Made by a program: the position numbers and the translations under genes
Notes under the pieces: generated by a model
Database searches by the model: none
Seen by the model: only the letters and a program-made list of their open reading frames with translations
Told to the model about the DNA's origin: nothing
In this document: piece by piece, positions 43,615 to 52,464 of the stretch
How the letters are laid out: the number at the start of each line of letters is the position of its first letter
Numbering within the stretch: position 1 is the first letter of the stretch
Source: an uncultured Gammaproteobacteria bacterium
GTDB taxonomy: Bacteria; Patescibacteriota; Microgenomatia; Levybacterales; UBA12049
Direction: 5' to 3'
NCBI GenBank assembly: GCA_964613075.1
Contig: CAZTFV010000002.1
Span: forward strand, 1 to 54,189
DNA: 54,189 nucleotides

Positions 43615-44579
43615 TTTTTTGCATTAAAATAATCTTTGTACCATGCAAAAGCTTCTGTAAGTCCTTCTTCAAGTGTATATATCGGTTTCCAGGACAAAAC
43701 TTTTCTAGCTTTCTCAATAGATATATATTGTTTTTTAATTTCCTTTTCTCGCTCTTTCGGAATAGAATCAATTAGTAGTTTTATTTTTTTCTTTCCCGAA
43801 ATTTTAATTATCTTTCTTGCAACTGTTACTGCCCTAACCTGCTTACCGGTACCTATATTGATGATTCGTGCTCGTTTGCTATTGGGAAGACTCTTCTGCG
43901 CAAGCGTAATGTACGCATTTACGGCATCCTTAATATAGAGAAAATCTCTTACAGCACCCACGTCCCAAATATGGATATTTTTATTTTCTAGAACCGCCCT
44001 CATCACCTTTGGAATTAATCTGGAAAAATTGGTATCACCCGGGCCATATAGATTTACAAAACGAAATATTTCAACAGGAAGACCATATGTATCCGCATAG
44101 CTTTGAGCGAGTAAATCAGCGCATGCTTTTGAAGTTTCGTACGGTCTAGACGGCTGGGGATAATAGTCTTCAGTGTATGGGACATTCGGATTGTCTCCAT
44201 ACACATGAGTTGTTGACGCAACTATTATCTTTTCTACTTTATTCAGACGCGCTGCTTCAAGAATATTCCATGTTCCTTGAATATTAACAGAAAATGTTTC
44301 CAGAGGACTCTCTCTTCCTGTCTCAACTAAAGGTTGTCCGGCCAAATGAAAAATATAACCAATTCGATAGTTGCGAATAATCTTCTGCAATAGGCCAAAC
44401 TCTTTAACTGATCCTTTTTCCTCAATGAGATAATCAGTTCTATTTACCTTGGTATGCTTCAAGCCAACAACACGCGCTCCTTTTTCAAGAAGACAAGATG
44501 TAAGATGTGAACCAACAAATCCTGAGGCTCCGGTAATGAAAACTCTTTTATTTTTCCAAAATGATTCTGTCGAATTCAT
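43611..44579 (-). CDS. NDP-sugar 4,6-dehydratase/epimerase (extended SDR; N-terminus resembles CDP-glucose/GDP-mannose dehydratases)
   Basis: FWKNKRVFITGASGFVGSHL, ASTTHVYG, YETSKACADLL (YxxxK), VRDFLYIKDAVNAY. Confidence 0.7.
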   Translation of the reverse strand: MNSTESFWKNKRVFITGASGFVGSHLTSCLLEKGARVVGLKHTKVNRTDYLIEEKGSVKEFGLLQKIIRNYRIGYIFHLAGQPLVETGRESPLETFSVNIQGTWNILEAARLNKVEKIIVASTTHVYGDNPNVPYTEDYYPQPSRPYETSKACADLLAQSYADTYGLPVEIFRFVNLYGPGDTNFSRLIPKVMRAVLENKNIHIWDVGAVRDFLYIKDAVNAYITLAQKSLPNSKRARIINIGTGKQVRAVTVARKIIKISGKKKIKLLIDSIPKEREKEIKKQYISIEKARKVLSWKPIYTLEEGLTEAFAWYKDYFNAKK

Positions 44580-45564
44580 ATTTTATCGTTGGAATTCCAT
44601 AAACGAATAACATACAAAAACACATAACAGGATGGATAAACCAAGCAGGGTCATGAATTTTCATATAGCCTCTCAATGAGTCATAGAGGGGTTTTATTAT
44701 GGTAAGAGAAATAATAATATACATTATTAATTTTATTCTGTCTTTATGAGGTTCATAGATGCTATACCTTCTCCTTGAGTGATCGAGAAAATGATATTTC
44801 TCAATAAAATATTTTCTTCTCCCTAAGAATGAAAAAAACTTGTTATTAGTAAGATGAATTATTGTATCTTTGACTATACCATACGTATTAAAACCATTTT
44901 TAATTAGGTCAACATGAACGTCAATATGGAAAAAGCTTTGGGGGCTTACCTTTGCATTTTTCAGAAGAAATTTTCTCCTTACTGCTGCTCCATTCCCACC
45001 CAGAGCGGGAATATTTTCCGGACTAAATTTGACGAGGTAATAGGAGCCCATATCTTTTGCTGTACCTGCTAAATTATAGGTATCATACGCCCATGACAAG
45101 TGAGAGTTCTTACCAAAATAGTATGGGACAGGATCAGGACCTCCTATTAAAGCAAAATATCTGTCGACAACATCCATTTTGCGGTCGTAATGGAACCGAA
45201 GAGGCTCAACTCCTACAATTTCTTGATTCTCCAGAAATGGTTTCGTCATGCTTAAAAACCAATGAATATGGGGGAGAACGTTATCATGATCTAATAAAAA
45301 GATGACGTCATTTTTTGCTTGATTTACTCCAATGCCTTTATTGTATTCAGCATTCTGTTTTTCAGGAGAAACAGAAATTATTGTTGTATTATATTTCTGA
45401 GCAATCGATACTGTTCTGTCATTTGAGCTTCCATCTACTATTATTATCTCGATTTTTTCATTTGGGTACTGTTGCGCCACAATGCTTTTTAAGCATTTTT
45501 CAAGAGTTCGTTCAGAATTATAGGTTGCAATAACTACAGAAATAGAAAAAAGATTATTCTTCAT
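44548..45564 (-). CDS. GT2 glycosyltransferase with C-terminal membrane segment; paralog of 5538..6515
   Basis: Start set at ATG 45564 (MKNNLFSISVVIATYN). IIVDGSSNDRT, LLDHDN. C-terminal AWFIHPVMCFCMLFVYGIPTI. Confidence 0.8.
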   Translation of the reverse strand: MKNNLFSISVVIATYNSERTLEKCLKSIVAQQYPNEKIEIIIVDGSSNDRTVSIAQKYNTTIISVSPEKQNAEYNKGIGVNQAKNDVIFLLDHDNVLPHIHWFLSMTKPFLENQEIVGVEPLRFHYDRKMDVVDRYFALIGGPDPVPYYFGKNSHLSWAYDTYNLAGTAKDMGSYYLVKFSPENIPALGGNGAAVRRKFLLKNAKVSPQSFFHIDVHVDLIKNGFNTYGIVKDTIIHLTNNKFFSFLGRRKYFIEKYHFLDHSRRRYSIYEPHKDRIKLIMYIIISLTIIKPLYDSLRGYMKIHDPAWFIHPVMCFCMLFVYGIPTIKYEFDRIILEK

Positions 45565-46684
45565 ACTTTGCCAGTAATAAATGCTTAAAACGCGTATAAC
45601 TTTTGTCCCAGTTGAATTCTTTGCTCCTTCGTAAAGCACCAAGAGACAACCTCTCTCGCAACTTATTATTCTCAATAAGAAGGGCTATCGCATCAGCCAA
45701 TTCTTGCGAAGATGGTTGCTTTGACAGTATTATCCCGGTTTTTTTGTCAACAACCGAGTCTCTTAAACCTGTGACATTACTCACGATTGAAGGAGTTCCA
45801 CAAGCCGCTGCTTCTGTCACCACCATCCCCCATCCTTCTTTGACTGAAGGGAGAAGCAACCCCCATGCTTCTTGCATGAAACGAACCTTTGTGTCAACAG
45901 GACTTTTATCAATAAAAAAATTATTTTTGTTGATAATATGAATATTCCTCGTTAGACTAAGATCACTAATCAGATTCTGCAATCTTTTTTCGTCCGGACC
46001 ATTACCAATAAGCAATAAGCGTGCTTTGGGGTGTTTTTCTACCACAGCCTTCATGGCTTTTATACACAAATCTCCGCGCTTCATCCTGACAAGCCGGGCA
46101 ACGAAAATAAAAAGAGGGTATCTACTTTTTTCCTTGCCTGGAACATACCTCGTGTGATCAAGCCCTAAAGGAAATACGTGAATATTCCTACCTGGTATTC
46201 CAAATGACATTAAATCAATTTTCGTGCTTTGAGAATAGCAAAGAACTCGCGACGTTTTATAGGTGAGATACTCGAGGGACTCAAGAATATAAGAAATCCA
46301 TGATACCGGCCAAAAGAACTCATAGAAAAGTACCTCTTTGGCAAGTTGGTTGACATATGCGATTCTTTTCTCTTTTGGAATATACAAAGGGGTCTGCCAG
46401 CAAAGCGTGTTTATCATATCAATAACGATATCTGGCTTTCTCTTAAGTGAGTGATAATACAGCAACGCGTGCAGATATACGGAAAGCTTGTTTCCTCGTC
46501 GAATAATTGTAACATTATCAATTATTTCCTTATCCTTGCATCTATGAAAATTTCGCGAGAAGAAGGTAACAGTATATCCCTCCTTGACCAGTCTACGAGC
46601 AAATTCAAACGCAATTACCTCGGCTCCTCCTACCTCCGGATTTTTTATATCTTTCCAGTTCAACAGTAAAATGTCCATCAGCAC
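45554..46684 (-). CDS. GT4 (GT-B fold) glycosyltransferase
   Basis: VGGAEV near the N-terminus. The C-terminal half has LLPSVKEGWGMVVTEAAACGTPSIVSNVTGLRDSV (EX7E-type motif). Confidence 0.8.
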   Translation of the reverse strand: MLMDILLLNWKDIKNPEVGGAEVIAFEFARRLVKEGYTVTFFSRNFHRCKDKEIIDNVTIIRRGNKLSVYLHALLYYHSLKRKPDIVIDMINTLCWQTPLYIPKEKRIAYVNQLAKEVLFYEFFWPVSWISYILESLEYLTYKTSRVLCYSQSTKIDLMSFGIPGRNIHVFPLGLDHTRYVPGKEKSRYPLFIFVARLVRMKRGDLCIKAMKAVVEKHPKARLLLIGNGPDEKRLQNLISDLSLTRNIHIINKNNFFIDKSPVDTKVRFMQEAWGLLLPSVKEGWGMVVTEAAACGTPSIVSNVTGLRDSVVDKKTGIILSKQPSSQELADAIALLIENNKLRERLSLGALRRSKEFNWDKSYTRFKHLLLAKYEE

Positions 46685-47706
46685 TTAAATAATTTCTTGT
46701 TTTCCTCAACCCACTCATAGAGCAACCGCACTCCATCTCTCACATTCACCCTAGGTGTCCATCCAAATTCCCTTTCCGCCTTTCGTATATCGGCGATAAA
46801 AATCGGCTGGTCACCCGGTCTAATCTCCGAAAAAGATGCAAGTATTTTTTTGTTAAAATACTCCTCAAGAAGAGGTTGCAACTCAAGCCAGACCGAAATC
46901 GTATTTTTCGGCCCTCCGCCGATGTTATATATCTTTCCTTTGGTTTTACCGATGTGCTTGATCGCTAAATCATACGCCCGCATAAGGTCATCGATATACA
47001 AGATGTCTCTTACCTGCTTCCCATTTCCGTAGATTGCAATCTTCTTTCCTAAGCACGCTGCAATAATAAACCAGGCTACCCAACCTTGATCTTCTATACC
47101 AAATTGCCTCGGTCCATAAATGCAAGATTGACGAAATACAACGGTATTCAGACCGTATATTCTGTGATAATCGCGTACATACTGATCTGATGCTCCTTTG
47201 CTGCAACCGTACGGAGAATGAAAATCTAAATTCTCCTCCTCAGAAATACCAAACTTCCGATCAACAAATGTATATCTTGTTTTATCTCCTTTAATTTTTA
47301 AATGCTCTAAGCCTCCGTACACTTTGTTTGTTGAGCTATAGATAAAGATAGGGTTTTTTCCAGATAAGCGGACAGCCTCCAAAACATTCAGCGTACCCAA
47401 AGCGTTATTTTCGAAATCATCTCGAGGATTTTTCACCGACGAAGTTACCGCTACCTGACCGGCAAAATGCAGGAGTACATCAATATCCAAAACAGCTTTT
47501 TTCACTACATGAAAATTTCTTATGTCACCCTCATGCACCTTTGGAGGTTTTTTTGCAGTACGTTTTACCCAGGAGATATTATCGCGGCTTCCCTTTCTTG
47601 AGAAATTATCAAATATTATTACATCATCTCCTTTGTTTAAGAAATGGAGTGCAGCATTAATGCCAATAAAACCTGCACCACCTGTTATTAGTAGCTTCAT
47701 AGTCAA
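46678..47706 (-). CDS. CDP-paratose/CDP-tyvelose 2-epimerase-like SDR
   Basis: MKLLITGGAGFIGINAALHFLNKGDDVIIFDNFSRKGSRDNISWV, YSSTNKVYG, DFHSPYGCSKGASDQY, GNGKQVRDILYIDD. Matches my recollection of Salmonella Tyv/RfbE block by block. Confidence 0.65.
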   Translation of the reverse strand: MTMKLLITGGAGFIGINAALHFLNKGDDVIIFDNFSRKGSRDNISWVKRTAKKPPKVHEGDIRNFHVVKKAVLDIDVLLHFAGQVAVTSSVKNPRDDFENNALGTLNVLEAVRLSGKNPIFIYSSTNKVYGGLEHLKIKGDKTRYTFVDRKFGISEEENLDFHSPYGCSKGASDQYVRDYHRIYGLNTVVFRQSCIYGPRQFGIEDQGWVAWFIIAACLGKKIAIYGNGKQVRDILYIDDLMRAYDLAIKHIGKTKGKIYNIGGGPKNTISVWLELQPLLEEYFNKKILASFSEIRPGDQPIFIADIRKAEREFGWTPRVNVRDGVRLLYEWVEENKKLFKC

Positions 47707-47709
47707 GGT

Positions 47710-48510
47710 TTATGGAATATTAATACGGAAGTTTAACTCAGGATCAAACTTCCATTTCCGTCTGTTACCACGGTCATAATAATGCAAAATTTTCAATCTA
47801 TAGAATACAGCAATAGTATCCCGTAACATAAAAAAGATAGTGTTCCAAAAATTTTTTGAGGTTATTGAAGATACGCCAGTAAAATCAAGTTCGATGGGAG
47901 CTTCAAATATTCGTTTGTATCCTAAGTAATGCGCAACAGCAATAATTTCTATGTCAAACGCATACGTTTTTACCAACAGTCGGGGAAGGACATCTTCTAA
48001 TACTTTTTTTCTGAAAAATTTCATACCCACTTGTGTGTCTCGAACTGACAAGCCGAATAGCAACCTTACTAATGTCCTATACCCCCAAGAAAGGATTTTT
48101 CTCGTAACTGGATAGTTAACTTTTGATACAGGGTGTAATTTACTTCCTACAATAATATCGGCATTATACCACTCAAAATGCTCCATGAGCATCGAGAGCC
48201 CATTCGGATTTATGTCCATCCCGGCGTCAATGAAGGCGATAATATCTCCTTTTGCCTTTGCCATCCCAAATCTGACAGCATGCCCTTTTCCTTTGTTGAC
48301 GTTGTATCCAGTTGCAACAATTTTGTTAAATTTCATTTTTTGGACGTTCTGCAAAGTCTTATCAACGTTACCATCGACAACAAGAATGATTTCATAATCA
48401 TATCGGAGTTGATCCAGGACGTGTTTAATGCGTATTAAATCATCTTTAATTGTTTTTTCCTGTTTGTATGCAGGAATAATGACGGAGATAAGATGCATCT
48501 TCTTTTTCAT
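47710..48510 (-). CDS. GT2, Alg5/Dpm1-like polyprenyl-phosphate glycosyltransferase candidate
   Basis: ISVIIPAYKQ, ILVVDGNVDKT, NKGKGHAVRFGM, FIDAGMD, RDTQVGMKFF. Confidence 0.7.
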   Translation of the reverse strand: MKKKMHLISVIIPAYKQEKTIKDDLIRIKHVLDQLRYDYEIILVVDGNVDKTLQNVQKMKFNKIVATGYNVNKGKGHAVRFGMAKAKGDIIAFIDAGMDINPNGLSMLMEHFEWYNADIIVGSKLHPVSKVNYPVTRKILSWGYRTLVRLLFGLSVRDTQVGMKFFRKKVLEDVLPRLLVKTYAFDIEIIAVAHYLGYKRIFEAPIELDFTGVSSITSKNFWNTIFFMLRDTIAVFYRLKILHYYDRGNRRKWKFDPELNFRINIP

Positions 48511-48525
48511 AGAGAAAATAAGCGG

Positions 48526-49773
48526 CTATTTCCTGTCCCAAACATAGGGGTAGTATAGCAAAAGGGAAATAAGGAGTACAAATGATACGACAATAGAAAC
48601 CTGAATTACCTGAGACAGGTCTTTATGAAAAAAATAGATGCCAAGTATTTGCGCTATCGCTGCGGAAACAATAAAAAAATTTTGCCTCGTTTTATGAATG
48701 GAGAGATAAAAATTCGCCATAAGAACACAAAGTGAGTACATTCCCAGAAAAATTCCCATCATGCCTAAAAGCGGTGCAACCCGTAGATAGTTTTTGCCCG
48801 GTAGAAGATAAATAATTACATCGGGAAAAAGAAAGTAAATAGCGGTGATCGTTGCTGCACCCAGGAGCGTAACAATGAGGCTTAGCAATAAATAATGAGC
48901 ATATTTATCGCCTCTTGCATGGGTTTCAGAAACGAAAGGAAACAACACTGCAGTTACTGGTGACACGGCAAAATAAATAACTTTTCCGAGTATTGATAAA
49001 ACAGCATAATCGCCAGACTCATTTCCCGGAAAAAAATAACGCACCAACATAATATCAGCCGAATACAACGAAGTAACTGATAAAATACTAATAAAAACAG
49101 GTAACGCATATTTGTACAACGCTCTCTGATCAGTAAATGCTTCAGGGTTTGAGGTATTTTTTTTAAAGAAAAAATGGAAGGGTAAATAGCCAACGATCCC
49201 GCTAAGAGCTATCGCCGCAAAAGCCCCGGTTGTTTTTAATCCGATAAGTACCAATACTATGCCGAAAGCTAATTTGCTGAAAGATTCTACAATGTTTGAA
49301 ATAGCAAGAATAAAAAAGTTAGTTACTCCCTGCAGAATACTCCGCCCGAAAACCACGAAAACGCCGATAAAAAAATTCAGCAGGAGAAGAAGTATCATTA
49401 TATTCGACGATAAGTGGAGGAGATTGGTGATAAATGGAGAAAACAATAAAATGGTCAACGCACCTATAGCGCTATATATAACAATGAGCTTTTTCATATA
49501 ATAATAAAGAGCGTGAATTGCAGAAAGATTCCCCCGGCCTTTGTACGTTGATATAAATTTAACAACCACGAGAGAAAGAGTGGCAAGAGGCACAGATAAA
49601 ATATAGAAGAAAGCTAGTAAACTTTCTAATTCGCCAAGTAACGAAGCAGGTTTTAGCATTCGCGCCATCACTAAATGGAAAAGATAGTTACCAAAACTCG
49701 TGATTGCTGAAGCAGTATACATCCAAATTGCAGAGCTGATAAACCGATTTGAAAAGAACTTTTTAACCATCAA
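48526..49773 (-). CDS. MOP-superfamily polysaccharide/oligosaccharide flippase (Wzx-like)
   Basis: 415 aa with about 12 hydrophobic spans. N-terminal pattern SSAIWMYTASAITSFGNYLFHLVMARMLKPASLLGE is typical of Wzx/polysaccharide biosynthesis proteins. Confidence 0.6.
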   Translation of the reverse strand: MMVKKFFSNRFISSAIWMYTASAITSFGNYLFHLVMARMLKPASLLGELESLLAFFYILSVPLATLSLVVVKFISTYKGRGNLSAIHALYYYMKKLIVIYSAIGALTILLFSPFITNLLHLSSNIMILLLLLNFFIGVFVVFGRSILQGVTNFFILAISNIVESFSKLAFGIVLVLIGLKTTGAFAAIALSGIVGYLPFHFFFKKNTSNPEAFTDQRALYKYALPVFISILSVTSLYSADIMLVRYFFPGNESGDYAVLSILGKVIYFAVSPVTAVLFPFVSETHARGDKYAHYLLLSLIVTLLGAATITAIYFLFPDVIIYLLPGKNYLRVAPLLGMMGIFLGMYSLCVLMANFYLSIHKTRQNFFIVSAAIAQILGIYFFHKDLSQVIQVSIVVSFVLLISLLLYYPYVWDRK

Positions 49774-50830
49774 TCTCTCCTACTGATTTGTATACATCAA
49801 CCGTATCCAGGGCAGTCTTTTTCCAGCTGAATTTACGATAGTGTTCTAAGCCCTTTGCTGACAAAGTTTTTTGTAACGCTGCGCTTAAGAACACTTCCTC
49901 AATCCCTGCTGCGATACTATCAATATCATACGCGTCAACAAAAAATGCAGCATCTCCGGCAACTTCCGGAATTGATCCTTCTTTGGATGTTACAACCGGA
50001 CAGCCACACGCCATAGCCTCAAGAATCGGCAGGCCAAAACCCTCATATAAGGACGGCATAACAAAAACCGTTGCAGCATTGTAGAGAGATACAAGATCCT
50101 CTGCTGGAACAAATCCCAGTCGAATTATTGAAGTATCATTCTCCGCTAATGTTTGAGCCTCTATCAAGTCTTTATTCCACATATTATGTACATCGATATT
50201 TTTATCGAGTAACGCCTTGCCTGTCATTACCAAAGGTATTCTAATTTTTTTAACTGCTTTTATAAGTCTTGGCAAATTTTTATTCCACGTAGCATCTCCA
50301 ACATACAAGGCAAACCTATCGGGGAGGCCATACTTATCATGGAGTGTCTTTTTTGTCTTCCTCTTATCAACTTGCCTAAATTCCTCACCCGCTGCAAGAT
50401 AGACTCTATGAACCTTTGTATCGGGCACTCCAACAAAACGAATGATGTCTTTTTTTGACGATTCAGAATCAGTAATAATTGCGTCAGATCTGACAAGGGC
50501 TCTTTTTTGTAATAACCAACGAATATTCCCTTTTATCCCAGGCGGGAAATGCTTTGGAAAAACGAGTGGCGTTAGGTCATGGACAGTGACGATTTGTTTC
50601 CTTTTTTTACGAAAAGGGAGTGTTGGGAAAAAAGGCTCAAAATACGGAAAATGAACAATCGTTGCGTCTTTGACTATTGCTTCTCCCCGTTGAAAAAACG
50701 AATACTGATGCTGAGGAAAAAATTGCAAAAGCGCGTCGCGTAAATGCTCAAGGTAAAAGCCAGTGCCGCGCACTCTGTGTTGCAGGAAATGCCCTGTCGT
50801 TAACGGAGATATATCAATTGCAATATTCAT
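49763..50830 (-). CDS. GT4 (GT-B fold) glycosyltransferase
   Basis: VMPSLYEGFGLPILEAMACGCPVVTSKEGSIPEVAGDAAFFVD (EX7E). DNA is visibly more GC-rich than most of the window. Confidence 0.85.
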   Translation of the reverse strand: MNIAIDISPLTTGHFLQHRVRGTGFYLEHLRDALLQFFPQHQYSFFQRGEAIVKDATIVHFPYFEPFFPTLPFRKKRKQIVTVHDLTPLVFPKHFPPGIKGNIRWLLQKRALVRSDAIITDSESSKKDIIRFVGVPDTKVHRVYLAAGEEFRQVDKRKTKKTLHDKYGLPDRFALYVGDATWNKNLPRLIKAVKKIRIPLVMTGKALLDKNIDVHNMWNKDLIEAQTLAENDTSIIRLGFVPAEDLVSLYNAATVFVMPSLYEGFGLPILEAMACGCPVVTSKEGSIPEVAGDAAFFVDAYDIDSIAAGIEEVFLSAALQKTLSAKGLEHYRKFSWKKTALDTVDVYKSVGEIDG

Positions 50831-52464
50831 CCTGTTTTCGTGAAGCTATGCCTCCTAACCATGAAAACCATCAGAACAATAAACGCTGAGATACTCATGA
50901 ATATCGACACCTGTCTTACTATTGTATCAGTAAACCTTGCCTCAACAACATGGTCTCCTTTCGGCAGGGTAAATGCAATTATGCCATTTGAATATGTTAT
51001 TTGCGTCGGATTGTTATCGACAGACACCTCCCAACCTGGGAAGTACGCGACGTTTAATGTCGCATCTGTCGCAACTCCTGATGTAATCGTGAATTTATAG
51101 TATTGTGCGTTTTTCGTATTTGAAACGATTTGCTTTTCCTTTGCATCGCTAAGAACGATTTTGTCTTTCTGCTTTCTAAGATTTTTGTCAAACCATATTG
51201 TATTAAAGTAATTTCCCGGACTGTTTGTTCCGTCGATAAAATTACTCCTTGTGAGGTAATAGGCGTCGTTTCGATTGTGATAGTGGGCTGGCTTTGCATA
51301 TCCTATTGACAGTAAAATTGCGATGACGGCAAATAACAAAGGCAACGGTTTATTTCTCCATAAAAGAGCTATTGTCCCTGCTAAAAACGACGTAATAAGC
51401 ATCATAAGACTGAGGAATCGCCAAGGGAATTGAAAATAATCAATAATAGGAATTGCTTTCCATAATGGATATGAAACACGAAGCAGTAAGAAAAAAGTCA
51501 TAATAAACCACAGGAGCTGAAAGCCAACTGTTCGCGCTATGCCCTTATCACGTTTTAGAAAAATCAAAAAGCAGACGAACGCAAGAAGAATTGCAAGAAG
51601 ATTTGCTATTCCTATCTGAAATGACATTTGTCCTCCCAAACTACCACCCGAGAACCCTGTTCCCCAGGATGGTATCAATAATTGAAACAGCTCCGGAAAA
51701 TTATCTTTTACATTATATATTTGCAAACCGGTGACAAATTGTCTCTCAAAAAGCGCCGGCAGCCAAAAAATTGCAGATAAACCGACTCCGAGCACCAATA
51801 TACTAGTATATTGGTAAAACATTTTTCTCTTTTCTTTTGAAAGAAAAATCAGTAGGGAAATATAAGAAATGCCATAGAAAAAAAACATCGCTGCCAAAAT
51901 ATTGTGGGAAAAGATCGTTGCGGCAAGAAATACACTTGAGAGAACTAGGTATTTTTGCCCCCCGTCAATGCTGTACCTCTTTATAGACCAGAGAAATCCT
52001 GGGAAAAAAGCAAGAGCCCAGACCTCGCCCACAGATCCTCTAACATATATGTCAACAAACCGATATGGGGTAACTGTATAAAAGATTGATGAAATAACTC
52101 CTCCTGTGTTTCCCCAATATTCTCTTGACCAAAGATAAAAAAATAGCGCCCCCAGCATGGTGGCAAAGAAAAGATTTAGTTTAAACGCATCAATAAAACT
52201 AAATCCGAAGAAATGAAAAAAAGAAGTAGCATAGTTTGGAAACGGGTAAACAAAGTTAAACAATGGTACACCGTATCCATTATTCAAATCAGGCGCCCAT
52301 CTGGGATATATAGCCCCGCTTCGTAAGACTTTGTCAAACTGATAAAACCGGATCACATGATACTCTCCGTCATGCGTTGGAGGCAAGCCGGGACGCAGTA
52401 ATGCGTGCCCGGCAATAAAAGCAACAATCAAACACGTAATTATCGGAAGTAAACTTTTCGCCAT
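50827..52464 (-). CDS. Polytopic membrane protein, GT-C-like candidate with C-terminal beta-rich domain and TM anchor
   Basis: 545 aa. TM1 is followed by PPTHDGEYHVIRF..RSGAIYPRWAPDLNNGYGVPLFNFVYP. C-terminal part has NVAYFPGWEVSVDN, then the anchor VSIFMSISAFIVLMVFMV. Confidence 0.5.
   Translation of the reverse strand: MAKSLLPIITCLIVAFIAGHALLRPGLPPTHDGEYHVIRFYQFDKVLRSGAIYPRWAPDLNNGYGVPLFNFVYPFPNYATSFFHFFGFSFIDAFKLNLFFATMLGALFFYLWSREYWGNTGGVISSIFYTVTPYRFVDIYVRGSVGEVWALAFFPGFLWSIKRYSIDGGQKYLVLSSVFLAATIFSHNILAAMFFFYGISYISLLIFLSKEKRKMFYQYTSILVLGVGLSAIFWLPALFERQFVTGLQIYNVKDNFPELFQLLIPSWGTGFSGGSLGGQMSFQIGIANLLAILLAFVCFLIFLKRDKGIARTVGFQLLWFIMTFFLLLRVSYPLWKAIPIIDYFQFPWRFLSLMMLITSFLAGTIALLWRNKPLPLLFAVIAILLSIGYAKPAHYHNRNDAYYLTRSNFIDGTNSPGNYFNTIWFDKNLRKQKDKIVLSDAKEKQIVSNTKNAQYYKFTITSGVATDATLNVAYFPGWEVSVDNNPTQITYSNGIIAFTLPKGDHVVEARFTDTIVRQVSIFMSISAFIVLMVFMVRRHSFTKTG

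Noticed and set aside
44548-45675. Long N-terminal extensions in the ORF track (44548..45675, 41251..42495, 23161..24174, 12385..13845, 9661..10533)
   Set aside because: The extensions overlap the upstream gene or a promoter and lack family similarity. In each case an internal ATG gives the canonical family N-terminus or a signal/TM start, so the starts were moved to 45564, 42423, 23227, 12424 and 9691.
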